From an uncultured Gammaproteobacteria bacterium (GTDB lineage Bacteria; Pseudomonadota; Gammaproteobacteria; CAWJOP01): a DNA stretch of 64,000 nucleotides. The stretch spans positions 64,157 to 128,156 of the forward strand of contig CAWJOP010000008.1 of assembly GCA_963844535.1 (NCBI GenBank), written 5' to 3'. The notes beneath the pieces are model-generated. The model made no database searches. It was not told the origin of the DNA and worked only from the letters and a program-made list of their open reading frames with translations. Positions 49,813 to 59,373 of this stretch are shown piece by piece. Both the position numbers and the translations under genes were made by a program. Within the stretch, counting starts at the first letter, position 1; every line of letters begins with the position of its first letter.

Positions 49813-49957
49813 CTCATGGGTAGTGTTGAACAGCCCTGGCCAGCCTTCGCTGGCATGAGCACTTTTTTTACTAAATTTCATATATATTGATGAATTGCGT
49901 AAGACAAGTTGTTAAAATTCCATAACACCTAACTAAATAACCTCTGGCCATCCATTT

Positions 49958-50548
49958 ATGAAATCTATCATCCCAGACTGTTTGACCCTATCACAATACC
50001 AAACACTATTTAGTTTAACCCCCGATGATTTGACCAAAAAAATTATCGATTTTCCCGCAAGATTAAATAGCTTTAATGCCGAAATGTTTCAACAAAATCA
50101 CCTGAGTGTGGCTTGTGATGAACTATATATGGATCCCTTAAAGCTTAAAAAATTTTCTCAGGAAAATTTAACTATTAAAGCCAATGATGCAAAAACCATA
50201 CAACAATTTGAACAGGATTTTCAGCATGGTTTTAAGGAAAATCGTTATGTCGCAGGAACCTTACCACGGTTGCCATTTACCAATTATCAATTTGATTTGC
50301 TGCTTTCTTCATTTTTCTTTTTTTTCAATGAAGATGATTTAGATCAGTGTTGGAATAATTTAATGGAAATGTTGCGTGTAGCAACTGAAGTGCGCGTTGC
50401 GCCACTATCTGAGAATCAAGCATTTTTAGGCCCCTTAATGCTAAAACTACAAACACATGCTTTTGGCATTGAAGTTCGTTCAATTACTGTTCCTAACCTA
50501 ACCAACTCAGCAATGCTGCGTGTTTGGTCACAAAACTGTCCATTGTAA
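49958..50548 (+). CDS. hypothetical protein, possibly a degenerate class I methyltransferase-like fold
   Basis: 196 aa. LPRLPFTNYQFDLLLSSFFFF...MLRVATEVRV resembles the post-motif-II region of SAM methyltransferases, but no GxGxG motif was seen. Its stop overlaps the pyrD start (TAATG). Confidence 0.4.
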   Translation: MKSIIPDCLTLSQYQTLFSLTPDDLTKKIIDFPARLNSFNAEMFQQNHLSVACDELYMDPLKLKKFSQENLTIKANDAKTIQQFEQDFQHGFKENRYVAGTLPRLPFTNYQFDLLLSSFFFFFNEDDLDQCWNNLMEMLRVATEVRVAPLSENQAFLGPLMLKLQTHAFGIEVRSITVPNLTNSAMLRVWSQNCPL

Positions 50549-51570
50549 TGCTCTACTCTCTTGCCAAATCACTGTTATTTCAGCTTGACCCTGAATACTC
50601 GCATCACCTTAGTCTTGCGCTACTAAAATATGCATCACCCCTATTTCATTGCACACCGCCTAATTGCCCTACCCGCGTCATGGGGCTGGATTTTCCTAAC
50701 CCAGTGGGACTTGCAGCAGGATTAGACAAAAACGCAGCTTTCGTTGATGTATTAGCTCGCTTAGGATTTGGTTTTATTGAAGTGGGAACGGTGACACCAA
50801 AACCACAACCAGGCCAATCCAAACCGAGACTGTTTCGTTTGCCAGAAAAAAAAGCACTCATTAATCGGATGGGATTTAATAACGTTGGACTCGATCAATT
50901 CTTAAACAACTTAGCCAAACAAAACTATCGCGGCATTTTAGGAATCAATATTGGCAAAAATGCAGACACACCGATTGAAAATGCGCTTACAGATTATCAA
51001 ATCGCCTTAGAACGAGTTTATTCTCACGCAAGTTATATCACTGTTAACATTTCATCACCTAACACAACCGGATTACGAACACTGCAAAAGGATGATTATT
51101 TGAAATCACTACTTGAAGGGCTTAAAACTCAACAGGCAAATCTTGCACAAATCTATCAACGTTATGTGCCATTAGTCGTTAAGATTTCCCCAGATTTAGA
51201 TGAAAACCAAATTGAATTTATTGCTAATCAATTTATTTTTTTTGCAATAGATGGTGTTATTGCTACCAACACCACGATTTCACGCCAAGGGGTAGAAGGC
51301 CATCAATATGAACATGAAACAGGTGGCCTAAGTGGCGCGCCATTAACCCACCTTTCAACTCAAGTCATTCAACAACTTCATCAAGTACTTGCCGGTAAAA
51401 TACCAATTATTGCATCTGGCGGAATCATGTCAGCTGTGGATGCTAAAGAAAAATTTAACGCTGGCGCAAGTTTACTGCAATTGTATACCGGCTTAATTTA
51501 CGAAGGGCCTGGGTTGATTGGGGAAATTTTCACGGCAATCGCGTCAGAATTGAAGCGGAGTAGAAGTTAA
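50548..51570 (+). CDS. pyrD: dihydroorotate dehydrogenase (quinone), class 2
   Basis: The start was chosen at MLYSLAKSLLFQLDPEYSH, which matches the conserved PyrD N-terminus. Motifs GLAAGLDKN, GFIEVGTVTP, NISSPNT, GGLSG. The ORF-track start at 50524 is a TTG extension. Confidence 0.9.
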   Translation: MLYSLAKSLLFQLDPEYSHHLSLALLKYASPLFHCTPPNCPTRVMGLDFPNPVGLAAGLDKNAAFVDVLARLGFGFIEVGTVTPKPQPGQSKPRLFRLPEKKALINRMGFNNVGLDQFLNNLAKQNYRGILGINIGKNADTPIENALTDYQIALERVYSHASYITVNISSPNTTGLRTLQKDDYLKSLLEGLKTQQANLAQIYQRYVPLVVKISPDLDENQIEFIANQFIFFAIDGVIATNTTISRQGVEGHQYEHETGGLSGAPLTHLSTQVIQQLHQVLAGKIPIIASGGIMSAVDAKEKFNAGASLLQLYTGLIYEGPGLIGEIFTAIASELKRSRS

Positions 51571-51627
51571 AACTAAGCGTCCCCTCGCCCAGCCCGAATT
51601 GGGAGAGGGAACAGGGTGAGGGAAAAT
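51569..51627. repeat. solo PE-C unit overlapping the pyrD stop codon
   Basis: aaaactaagcgtcccctcgcccagcccgaattgggagagggaacagggtgagggaaaatg. It has the same ends as the PE-C units but a short internal loop. Confidence 0.8.
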
Positions 51628-51705
51628 GTAATGATTTAAGAAAACGCCATAACTTCACGAAGCAGCAGCAAACTCTAGCCGAATCCTTTAACTTTTTAGA
51701 TTAAA

Positions 51706-52623
51706 TTACTCCCAATTTGGCACATGCCCCGTCGCGATATACTCACTAGCAGCATCACAATTTGCTCTTTGATCATCAAAAAAGAAATCCGCACCAAACG
51801 CTTGTAAAAATTCAGTTTTATTACGCCCCATTAAAAATAATGCTTCATCAATACGAATATTCCAAGCGCGTAACGTGCGAATCACTCGTTCATGCGCGGG
51901 AGCTGCACGAGCAGTAACCAATGCTGTGCGAATGGGACAATTTTCAGGGGAAAACTGCTTTTGTAATTGATGTAATGCTGCTAAAAATGCCTTAAAAGGA
52001 CCGCCTGGCAACAGAGTTTTCGCAGCATTTTTTTCATTATCTTCAAAAGCCAAAAGACCTTTCTCATCATAAATTTTTTGCGACTCATCAGAAAACAACA
52101 CCGCATCACCATCAAAAGCAATGCGTAATTCATCTGATGAATTATGTAAATTTTTTGAATTTAAAATAGTAGCCGCAGCACACTCGGCTCGAATAGCATT
52201 TTGCACATCTTCAGTATTTGCCGACAAAAATAGATGTGAATGAAATGCCGAAATATAACGATAAGGAGTTTGCCCACTCGTAAATGCCGCACATTTAATG
52301 TCTAACCCATAATGTAAAATACTATTAAATACTCTAAGACCCGTATCGGCACTATTACGTGAAAGTAAAATAACTTCCACTAAAGGGCCATTTTCATGTT
52401 TATTATTTAAGGCCAATAGCTTTTTAACTAAAGCGAATGCTACTCCTTCTGCCAAGGGCTCATTTTCATGTTCAATTTGATAGCGTGAATATTGCTCAAC
52501 CCCTTCGTGCTCAAAAATAGCATGGCTTTCATCTAGATCAAATAAAGCACGCGAAGAAATAGCAACCACTAAATTATTTTGGTTCGTGTCCGGAAGGTTC
52601 ATCAAGATTTTCCTCTTGTCCAC
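51706..52623 (-). CDS. 5'-nucleotidase family protein (cytosolic IA-like, PF06189-type)
   Basis: 305 aa. VAISSRALFDLDESHAIFE...EVILLSRNSADTG...IAFDGDAVLFSDESQ...FFFDDQ. The start may be the internal Met at 52602. Confidence 0.7.
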   Translation of the reverse strand: MDKRKILMNLPDTNQNNLVVAISSRALFDLDESHAIFEHEGVEQYSRYQIEHENEPLAEGVAFALVKKLLALNNKHENGPLVEVILLSRNSADTGLRVFNSILHYGLDIKCAAFTSGQTPYRYISAFHSHLFLSANTEDVQNAIRAECAAATILNSKNLHNSSDELRIAFDGDAVLFSDESQKIYDEKGLLAFEDNEKNAAKTLLPGGPFKAFLAALHQLQKQFSPENCPIRTALVTARAAPAHERVIRTLRAWNIRIDEALFLMGRNKTEFLQAFGADFFFDDQRANCDAASEYIATGHVPNWE

Positions 52624-52906
52624 AAATTTTTAACTTATTCATGCGGGCAAATTCCATAATTGACTGGTAAAGAGCTGGATTAGTTTTTTCAAGCTCAGGG
52701 TCAAGCAACACGCATTTATATCCTTCTTTCATAATAGGCTGCAGTTGTGGTGAATAGATAATTCGATGATTGCGAAAAGTTGAGAGACTACCGCTCATGC
52801 GCTCTGCCCAGTCACTGGGACGAAAGACCTGCCCCTCTTCTGTTATTCCTTCAATAATAATTTTAGCTTTTCGAGTCATAAATACTTTAAAATTAGATTT
52901 TGCCAT
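52574..52906 (-). CDS. DUF3579-family protein
   Basis: 110 aa. IIIEGITEEGQVFRPSDWAERMSG...YSPQLQP motif. The ATG at 52904-52906 overlaps the end of PE-D copy 2, and an alternative start exists at Met10 (52879). Confidence 0.65.
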   Translation of the reverse strand: MAKSNFKVFMTRKAKIIIEGITEEGQVFRPSDWAERMSGSLSTFRNHRIIYSPQLQPIMKEGYKCVLLDPELEKTNPALYQSIMEFARMNKLKICGQEENLDEPSGHEPK

Positions 52907-53083
52907 ACCTCTCGGGAACAGGTTTGCTGAATTTTTTCGCTCAGTTTACCAGAAATTTTAATGTTCTGATTGAGAAAAACCGCAGGAATACTTCCCGTAT
53001 TTCGAGGTTTTTCGATTGAAGAACATTAAAATTTCGCAGTAAAATGAGATGAAAAAAACTGCAAACCTGTTCCCGAGAGGTAT
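52905..53083. repeat. PE-D copy 2 (179 bp)
   Basis: atacctctcgggaacaggtttgc...gcaaacctgttcccgagaggtat termini, with conserved sub-terminal tttttcgctcag / atgagatgaaaaaaa and apex ggaatacttcccgtatttcgag. The middle stem differs from copy 1 but still pairs. Confidence 0.9.
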
Positions 53084-53135
53084 ATACTACGTTCCTGTAT
53101 TATAGCATTCAATTAATGATTCATTCGAGAATAAG

Positions 53136-53948
53136 ATGCCAATAAAATACTCTCAAGATGGGCGGCCACGCGGTATCTATTTATTGCCTAACCTATTCAC
53201 TACCGCAGGCCTGTTTGCTGGTTTTTATGCTATCGTAGCCGCTATGAAGGGCAATTTTGATGCGGCTTGCATTGCTATATTTATTGCCATGATTACTGAT
53301 GCTCTTGATGGCCGAGTTGCCCGCTTAACCAACACACAAAGTGCATTTGGCGCAGAATATGACAGTCTGGCAGATATGGTCTCATTCGGTGTTGCACCAT
53401 CATTAGTTGCATTTACCTGGGCTTTGGCTAATCTGGGAAAACTCGGTTGGCTAGCTGCATTTTTTTATGTGGCCGCAGGCGCATTACGACTTGCTCGCTT
53501 TAATACTCAAGTACAAAGCGCCGACAAACGATATTTCCAAGGCCTAGCAATTCCTGCAGCCGCCGGCTTAATCGTGAGTATGGTCTGGGCCGGTAAAGAA
53601 TATGAGATAGATAGCTATATCGTTAGCATTTGGATGTTTGTTTGGATGATCTTCACCGCCGCATTAATGGTCAGTAATATCCGTTATTACAGCTTTAAAA
53701 GTATTGATTTAAAAGGCCGTGTACCATTTGTTGCTATTTTATGTATTGTGCTGATTTTTGCCGCTATTTCTATTGATCCACCTAACGTACTATTTTTGAT
53801 ATTTTTAACTTATAGTCTTTCAGGTCCAATATTAACTCTATGGAACCTACGTAAAAAGCGATTGCTGCGAAAAAATCTAGAAAGAAAGCGATCAGCAAAG
53901 CTTATTTCACTGACAAAAATCCGCGAAGAAAGAGCCGAAAAAAGATAG
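53136..53948 (+). CDS. pssA: CDP-diacylglycerol--serine O-phosphatidyltransferase
   Basis: 270 aa. CDP-alcohol phosphatidyltransferase motif DALDGRVARLTNTQSAFGAEYDSLADMVSFGVAP. Confidence 0.88.
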   Translation: MPIKYSQDGRPRGIYLLPNLFTTAGLFAGFYAIVAAMKGNFDAACIAIFIAMITDALDGRVARLTNTQSAFGAEYDSLADMVSFGVAPSLVAFTWALANLGKLGWLAAFFYVAAGALRLARFNTQVQSADKRYFQGLAIPAAAGLIVSMVWAGKEYEIDSYIVSIWMFVWMIFTAALMVSNIRYYSFKSIDLKGRVPFVAILCIVLIFAAISIDPPNVLFLIFLTYSLSGPILTLWNLRKKRLLRKNLERKRSAKLISLTKIREERAEKR

Positions 53949-54108
53949 GGCCTGTTGACATTTGATTTGCCGTAGCGAAAAAAGCAGGGGTTAAGCTAAA
54001 ATTTTATCAAATTTGAGGAGAATACTAGAGCGTATTTGACGAGAATTTGATAAAATTTTAGCTAACCCTATGCTTTTTGCAGTAGGTAAATCTAATGTCA
54101 ACAGGCCC
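53948..54108. repeat. 161-bp palindromic element (PE-F)
   Basis: gggcctgttgacatttgatttgccgtagcgaaaaaagcaggggttaagctaaaattttatcaaat ... atttgataaaattttagctaaccctatgctttttgcagtaggtaaatctaatgtcaacaggccc, with apex ggagaatactagagcgtatttgacgag. Confidence 0.9.
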
Positions 54109-54117
54109 TGGATACTC

Positions 54118-54651
54118 ATGAAACTGTTTTTTGATTTTCTCCCTATTGTTTTATTTTTCATTGCATATAAATTTTATGGAATTTATGCCGCAACACTGGT
54201 AGCGATTATCATAAGCGGGGTCCAATTTCTTCTGACCTTCTGGCTAAAAAAACGTATCGACCCAATGCAAGGAACAACCTTTTTAATCCTACTACTGTTC
54301 GGCGGAACCACTTTATTATTACATCAAGAAATTTTCATCAAATGGAAACTCACTGTAACTGATTGGTTACTAGCAACAGCTTTTCTAATCAGTCACCTAA
54401 TTAATAAACCATTAATTGCCACACTGATGCAAAAAAGCGTCGATTTACCAATGAAAATCTGGAAACAACTAAATTTAAGCTGGATTGTTTTCTGGTTTTT
54501 TATGGGCTGTCTAAATTTATATGTCATCTATCACTTTGACACCTCAACCTGGGTCGACTTCAAATTGTTCGGCGGCATTGGCCTCACCACTTTATTTATC
54601 ATTCTACAAGCTATTTACATTAACCGACATGCGAGACAGCCATGCAAGTAA
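54118..54651 (+). CDS. yciB: intracellular septation protein A (YciB/IspZ)
   Basis: The start was chosen at MKLFFDFLPIVLFFIAYKF, the conserved family N-terminus. The ORF-track start at 54070 lies inside PE-F. Confidence 0.85.
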   Translation: MKLFFDFLPIVLFFIAYKFYGIYAATLVAIIISGVQFLLTFWLKKRIDPMQGTTFLILLLFGGTTLLLHQEIFIKWKLTVTDWLLATAFLISHLINKPLIATLMQKSVDLPMKIWKQLNLSWIVFWFFMGCLNLYVIYHFDTSTWVDFKLFGGIGLTTLFIILQAIYINRHARQPCK

Positions 54652-54810
54652 ATTCGATTAGAGTTCTTTCCAAACCCAGTATTTTGTTTGAGTTCAAGAC
54701 ATGCGTTTTTCGAGGAGCGGAGTTTATATGAGCATAAATGAGCACCACAGAAAAACGCATAACGATGAAATCAAACAAAAGCGCAGTTTGGAAAGAACTC
54801 TATCGATTTT
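54650..54810. repeat. 161-bp palindromic element (PE-G)
   Basis: aaattcgattagagttctttccaaac ... gtttggaaagaactctatcgatttt, with inner pairing ttttgtttga..atgcgtttttc / gaaaaacgcat..tcaaacaaaa and apex ggagtttatatgagcataaatgag. Confidence 0.88.
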
Positions 54811-54822
54811 ATTCGAAAAAAA

Positions 54823-55041
54823 TTGCTGGAACAGTTATCGCCTACTGAACTTGAAATTATTGATGATGGTGCGCTACATGCTGGCCATGTTGGTGCAGAA
54901 GGAGGTGGCCACTATACTGTGATTATTGCTGCTCCAGCATTTGCCGGAAAAAATTTAATTCAATGCCACCGTTTAGTTTATCACGCATTAGGAGATGTGG
55001 TGGGAAATGAGATTCACGCGCTTAGAATCCAGATAAAATGA
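54823..55041 (+). CDS. BolA-family protein, 5' end uncertain
   Basis: LSPTELEIIDDGALHAGHVG...HYTVIIAAPAFAGKNLIQCHRLVYHAL...IHALRIQ is BolA-like. There is no in-frame ATG after the upstream stop (54766-54768). The annotated start is TTG at 54823, and the in-frame upstream sequence SIDFIRKK lies inside PE-G. Confidence 0.7.
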   Translation: MLEQLSPTELEIIDDGALHAGHVGAEGGGHYTVIIAAPAFAGKNLIQCHRLVYHALGDVVGNEIHALRIQIK

Positions 55042-55617
55042 GCTGGAACACTTCAAAACGCTGGTCTTTTCAACAGATACCAGCAGACATTCCCTATTTT
55101 TTAAATGCAAAATCTACCACCCTGCGCGCTCATCTTATAAATCCCAAAGGATTCAAAATTAATTTACTCAATGCACGGTTAGAAAAAGCAATGCCTGACG
55201 AGGCTTTAAGTCTCGGCATTGCTCTGAGGTCCTATACTTGGATTCGAGAAGTTGAGCTTAGCCTATTATCAACTCCAGTTATGTTTGCTAGATTAGTAGT
55301 TCCCTATTTTGCCTTGGAAACAACTTTTCAGCCTATCAAACACCTAGGAAACCGACCATTGGGACGTTATTTATTCAAATGCTTTGGAATTAAACGCGAA
55401 CCTTTTAAAATTAAAAAAATATCAGTTGAAGAAAAATTGTATACACAAATCATGCAATATAGGGAAAGTTGTTTCGGGCAACCCTACCAAAAAAAATTGC
55501 CCGAATCTCTGGGCGCGTTGCTCAGTTTTTCGCTACAAAAAAGCGCCATTATTATTAACTGAAGTTTTTTTACCGCAGTATTCGCAAATTATGAGAGGAC
55601 ATCATTATGCAACTTAA
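55038..55617 (+). pseudogene. ubiC: chorismate pyruvate-lyase, frameshifted at an A8 tract
   Basis: The N-terminal three quarters lie in the frame of 55038 (YTWIREVELS...PVMFARLVVP...LGNRPLGRYLF). The conserved C-terminus LWARCSVFRYKKAPLLLTEVFLP lies in the frame ending at 55617. The switch is at or near AAAAAAAA, 55489-55496. Confidence 0.75.
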
Positions 55618-56293
55618 TTTAATTTTACTAGGGAGCAGTATTTTTGTTTTAACTATCATTGCAATCTACTTTTTTTACTGGCAACGCACAAAACGTAAAG
55701 ACCAATTACTATTAGGCATCTCAAAACGAATAGATTGGGCTGAGCCGATGCTAGCAACAAATAAAAGAGAGCAGCTAGAAGAAAATATTGTTGATGAAAT
55801 TATGTCACCCATTTTACCAAAGCCGCAAAATAAACCTCAAGCAACGCGCGAAACGCAATTAGCTTATGATTACGACGTACTTACCCTATATATCCTGCCT
55901 ACCAAAAACCGATTTTTTCAAGGTTATGAACTTTTACAAGCTATTTCTGTGAATAGTTTTAACTATGGGAAAATGCGTATTTTTCATCGACATGAACAAA
56001 CCAATAATCCAGAAAGTCCAATTTTATTTAGTTTAGCAAGCGCTGTTGAACCAGGGTTTTTTAATTTAAGTGAAATGGGTTCAGTTAATTGCACTGGATT
56101 GATTTTATTTATGAAAGTTGAACAGCGTAACACTGATGATTTAACTAAAAACTTTTATTTAATGCTAGATACTGCGCACCAACTTGCAGATGATTTAGGC
56201 GGCGAAGTATGTGATGAAACTAGAAATCTTTTTGATATAAGTTCAGAGAAACGTTATTTAAAGCGACTAGGAAATAATACGGTGCTTACTTAG
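55607..56293 (+). CDS. zipA: cell division protein ZipA
   Basis: 228 aa. N-terminal TM followed by basic residues (FFYWQRTKRK), C-terminal FtsZ-binding domain (LTLYILPTKNRFFQGYELLQAI...MRIFHRH...ILFSLASAVEPGFF). It lies upstream of ligA, as is usual. Confidence 0.85.
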   Translation: MQLNLILLGSSIFVLTIIAIYFFYWQRTKRKDQLLLGISKRIDWAEPMLATNKREQLEENIVDEIMSPILPKPQNKPQATRETQLAYDYDVLTLYILPTKNRFFQGYELLQAISVNSFNYGKMRIFHRHEQTNNPESPILFSLASAVEPGFFNLSEMGSVNCTGLILFMKVEQRNTDDLTKNFYLMLDTAHQLADDLGGEVCDETRNLFDISSEKRYLKRLGNNTVLT

Positions 56294-56364
56294 AAAGTTT
56301 ATAGGTGTCAATTTAAAAAATACCTGTTAACAAACAACGTAATTGCTCGCCCTGTGCCCGCCGC

Positions 56365-56461
56365 CTACGTGCCGCTGCCACGACTTGTTCGCGGTATTGT
56401 CCGCGGCATCCAGATTGCGAAGTGGATGCCGTGAACAAGTCGTGGCAGCGGCACGTCGTAG
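56365..56461. repeat. PE-A copy with an extra nested arm pair
   Basis: ctacgtgccgctgccacgacttgttcgcgg...tgtccgcggcatccagattgcgaagtggatgccg...tgaacaagtcgtggcagcggcacgtcgtag, followed by gggtgagtagttac (reverse complement of 1257-1270). Confidence 0.85.
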
Positions 56462-56494
56462 GGGGTGAGTAGTTACCAAACAACTATTTATTAG

Positions 56495-58501
<2,007 letters not shown>

Positions 58502-58542
58502 CTGTTTACTGTCATGCCAGCAAACAGGGCTGTTCAACGCTA

Positions 58543-58643
58543 CCCGTGAGGCCGTCATTGCGAGCGCAGGATGCGCGCGGCAATCCAGAAAAAGTCTGGA
58601 TTGCTTCACCCGCTACGCGGGCTCGCAATGACGGCCTCACGGG
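58543..58643. repeat. PE-B copy 2
   Basis: cccgtgaggccgtcattgcgagcgcaggatgcgcgcggcaatccag...ctggattgc...gctcgcaatgacggcctcacggg. Left flank tcatgccagc..agggctgttcaacgctac, right flank ggtgagcagttat. Confidence 0.85.
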
Positions 58644-58687
58644 AGGTGAGCAGTTATCCGAAAATAATTAATAACGCGTTAATATCA

Positions 58688-59317
58688 ATGAATAATCAAT
58701 CTTTACAAGAAAAAACTATTTTCATTGATGGTCCAGCTGGAGAGATTGAAACGCTGATCGAAATTCCTTCGCAATCTTTTCATCGCGTAGCGATCATTTG
58801 TCATCCTCACCCACTATATGGGGGAAGCATGCGCAATAAAGTAGTACACACTTTGGCAAAAACTCTGCGAGAACTTGATATAGCAACTGTCCAATTTAAT
58901 TTTCGCGGAGTGGGTAAAAGCGCTGGGCATTACGCCAATGGTGAAGGTGAAACAGATGATCTCATTGCTGTTTTAGCATGGATAAAACAGCAATATCCTC
59001 ATCACGCACTCTGGCTAGCCGGTTTCTCATTTGGCGCTTATATTGCGCTCAAAGCGTCACTACATTGCCCAATTGAACAACTGATTTTAGTTGCACCACC
59101 TGTTGAACACTTCCCAGTCGCTACGCTGCCATTACCGCCGTGTTCCTTGATCATCGTACAAGGTGATGCAGATGAAATTGTGCCGCCACAAATGGTTTTT
59201 GATTGGGTAAAAACCTTATCACCACCACCCACATTAATTCACATGCAAAATGCGAGTCACTTTTTTCATGGGCGATTGGGAGAGTTAAGGATGAATTTGC
59301 TAGAAGTTTTGAAATGA
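58688..59317 (+). CDS. alpha/beta-fold hydrolase (COG2945-like)
   Basis: The start was chosen at MNNQSLQEK because the upstream part of ORF 58571 is repeat-derived. Motifs HPHPLYGGSM, nucleophile elbow GFSFGA, and GDADEIV...HFF. Confidence 0.7.
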   Translation: MNNQSLQEKTIFIDGPAGEIETLIEIPSQSFHRVAIICHPHPLYGGSMRNKVVHTLAKTLRELDIATVQFNFRGVGKSAGHYANGEGETDDLIAVLAWIKQQYPHHALWLAGFSFGAYIALKASLHCPIEQLILVAPPVEHFPVATLPLPPCSLIIVQGDADEIVPPQMVFDWVKTLSPPPTLIHMQNASHFFHGRLGELRMNLLEVLK

Positions 59318-59335
59318 GTTAATCCTAGTAACCCC

Positions 59336-59357
59336 TCTCCCCCACAAGTGGGGGAGA
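59336..59357. terminator. GC-rich hairpin between convergent genes
   Basis: tctccccca-caag-tgggggaga (9-bp stem, 4-nt loop). No U-tract on either strand, so it is not a canonical intrinsic terminator. Confidence 0.3.
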
Positions 59358-59373
59358 AGAATCCGGCAACTAA

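Noticed and set aside
54070-54117. N-terminal extensions suggested by the ORF track for yciB (54070), the COG2945 hydrolase (58571), pyrD (50524, TTG) and LRR paralog 1 (35642, TTG)
   Set aside because: The extensions lie in palindromic elements or upstream genes. The family-conserved N-termini begin at the internal Met codons, which I chose instead.
29397-55617. Explaining all frameshifts as sequencing errors
   Set aside because: This is rejected for the ABC ATPase: at least 6 disruptions fall in 1.3 kb while a 14-kb ORF and more than 40 other genes are intact. It cannot be excluded for the single shifts in the permease (about 31000) and ubiC (A8 tract), which are flagged accordingly.
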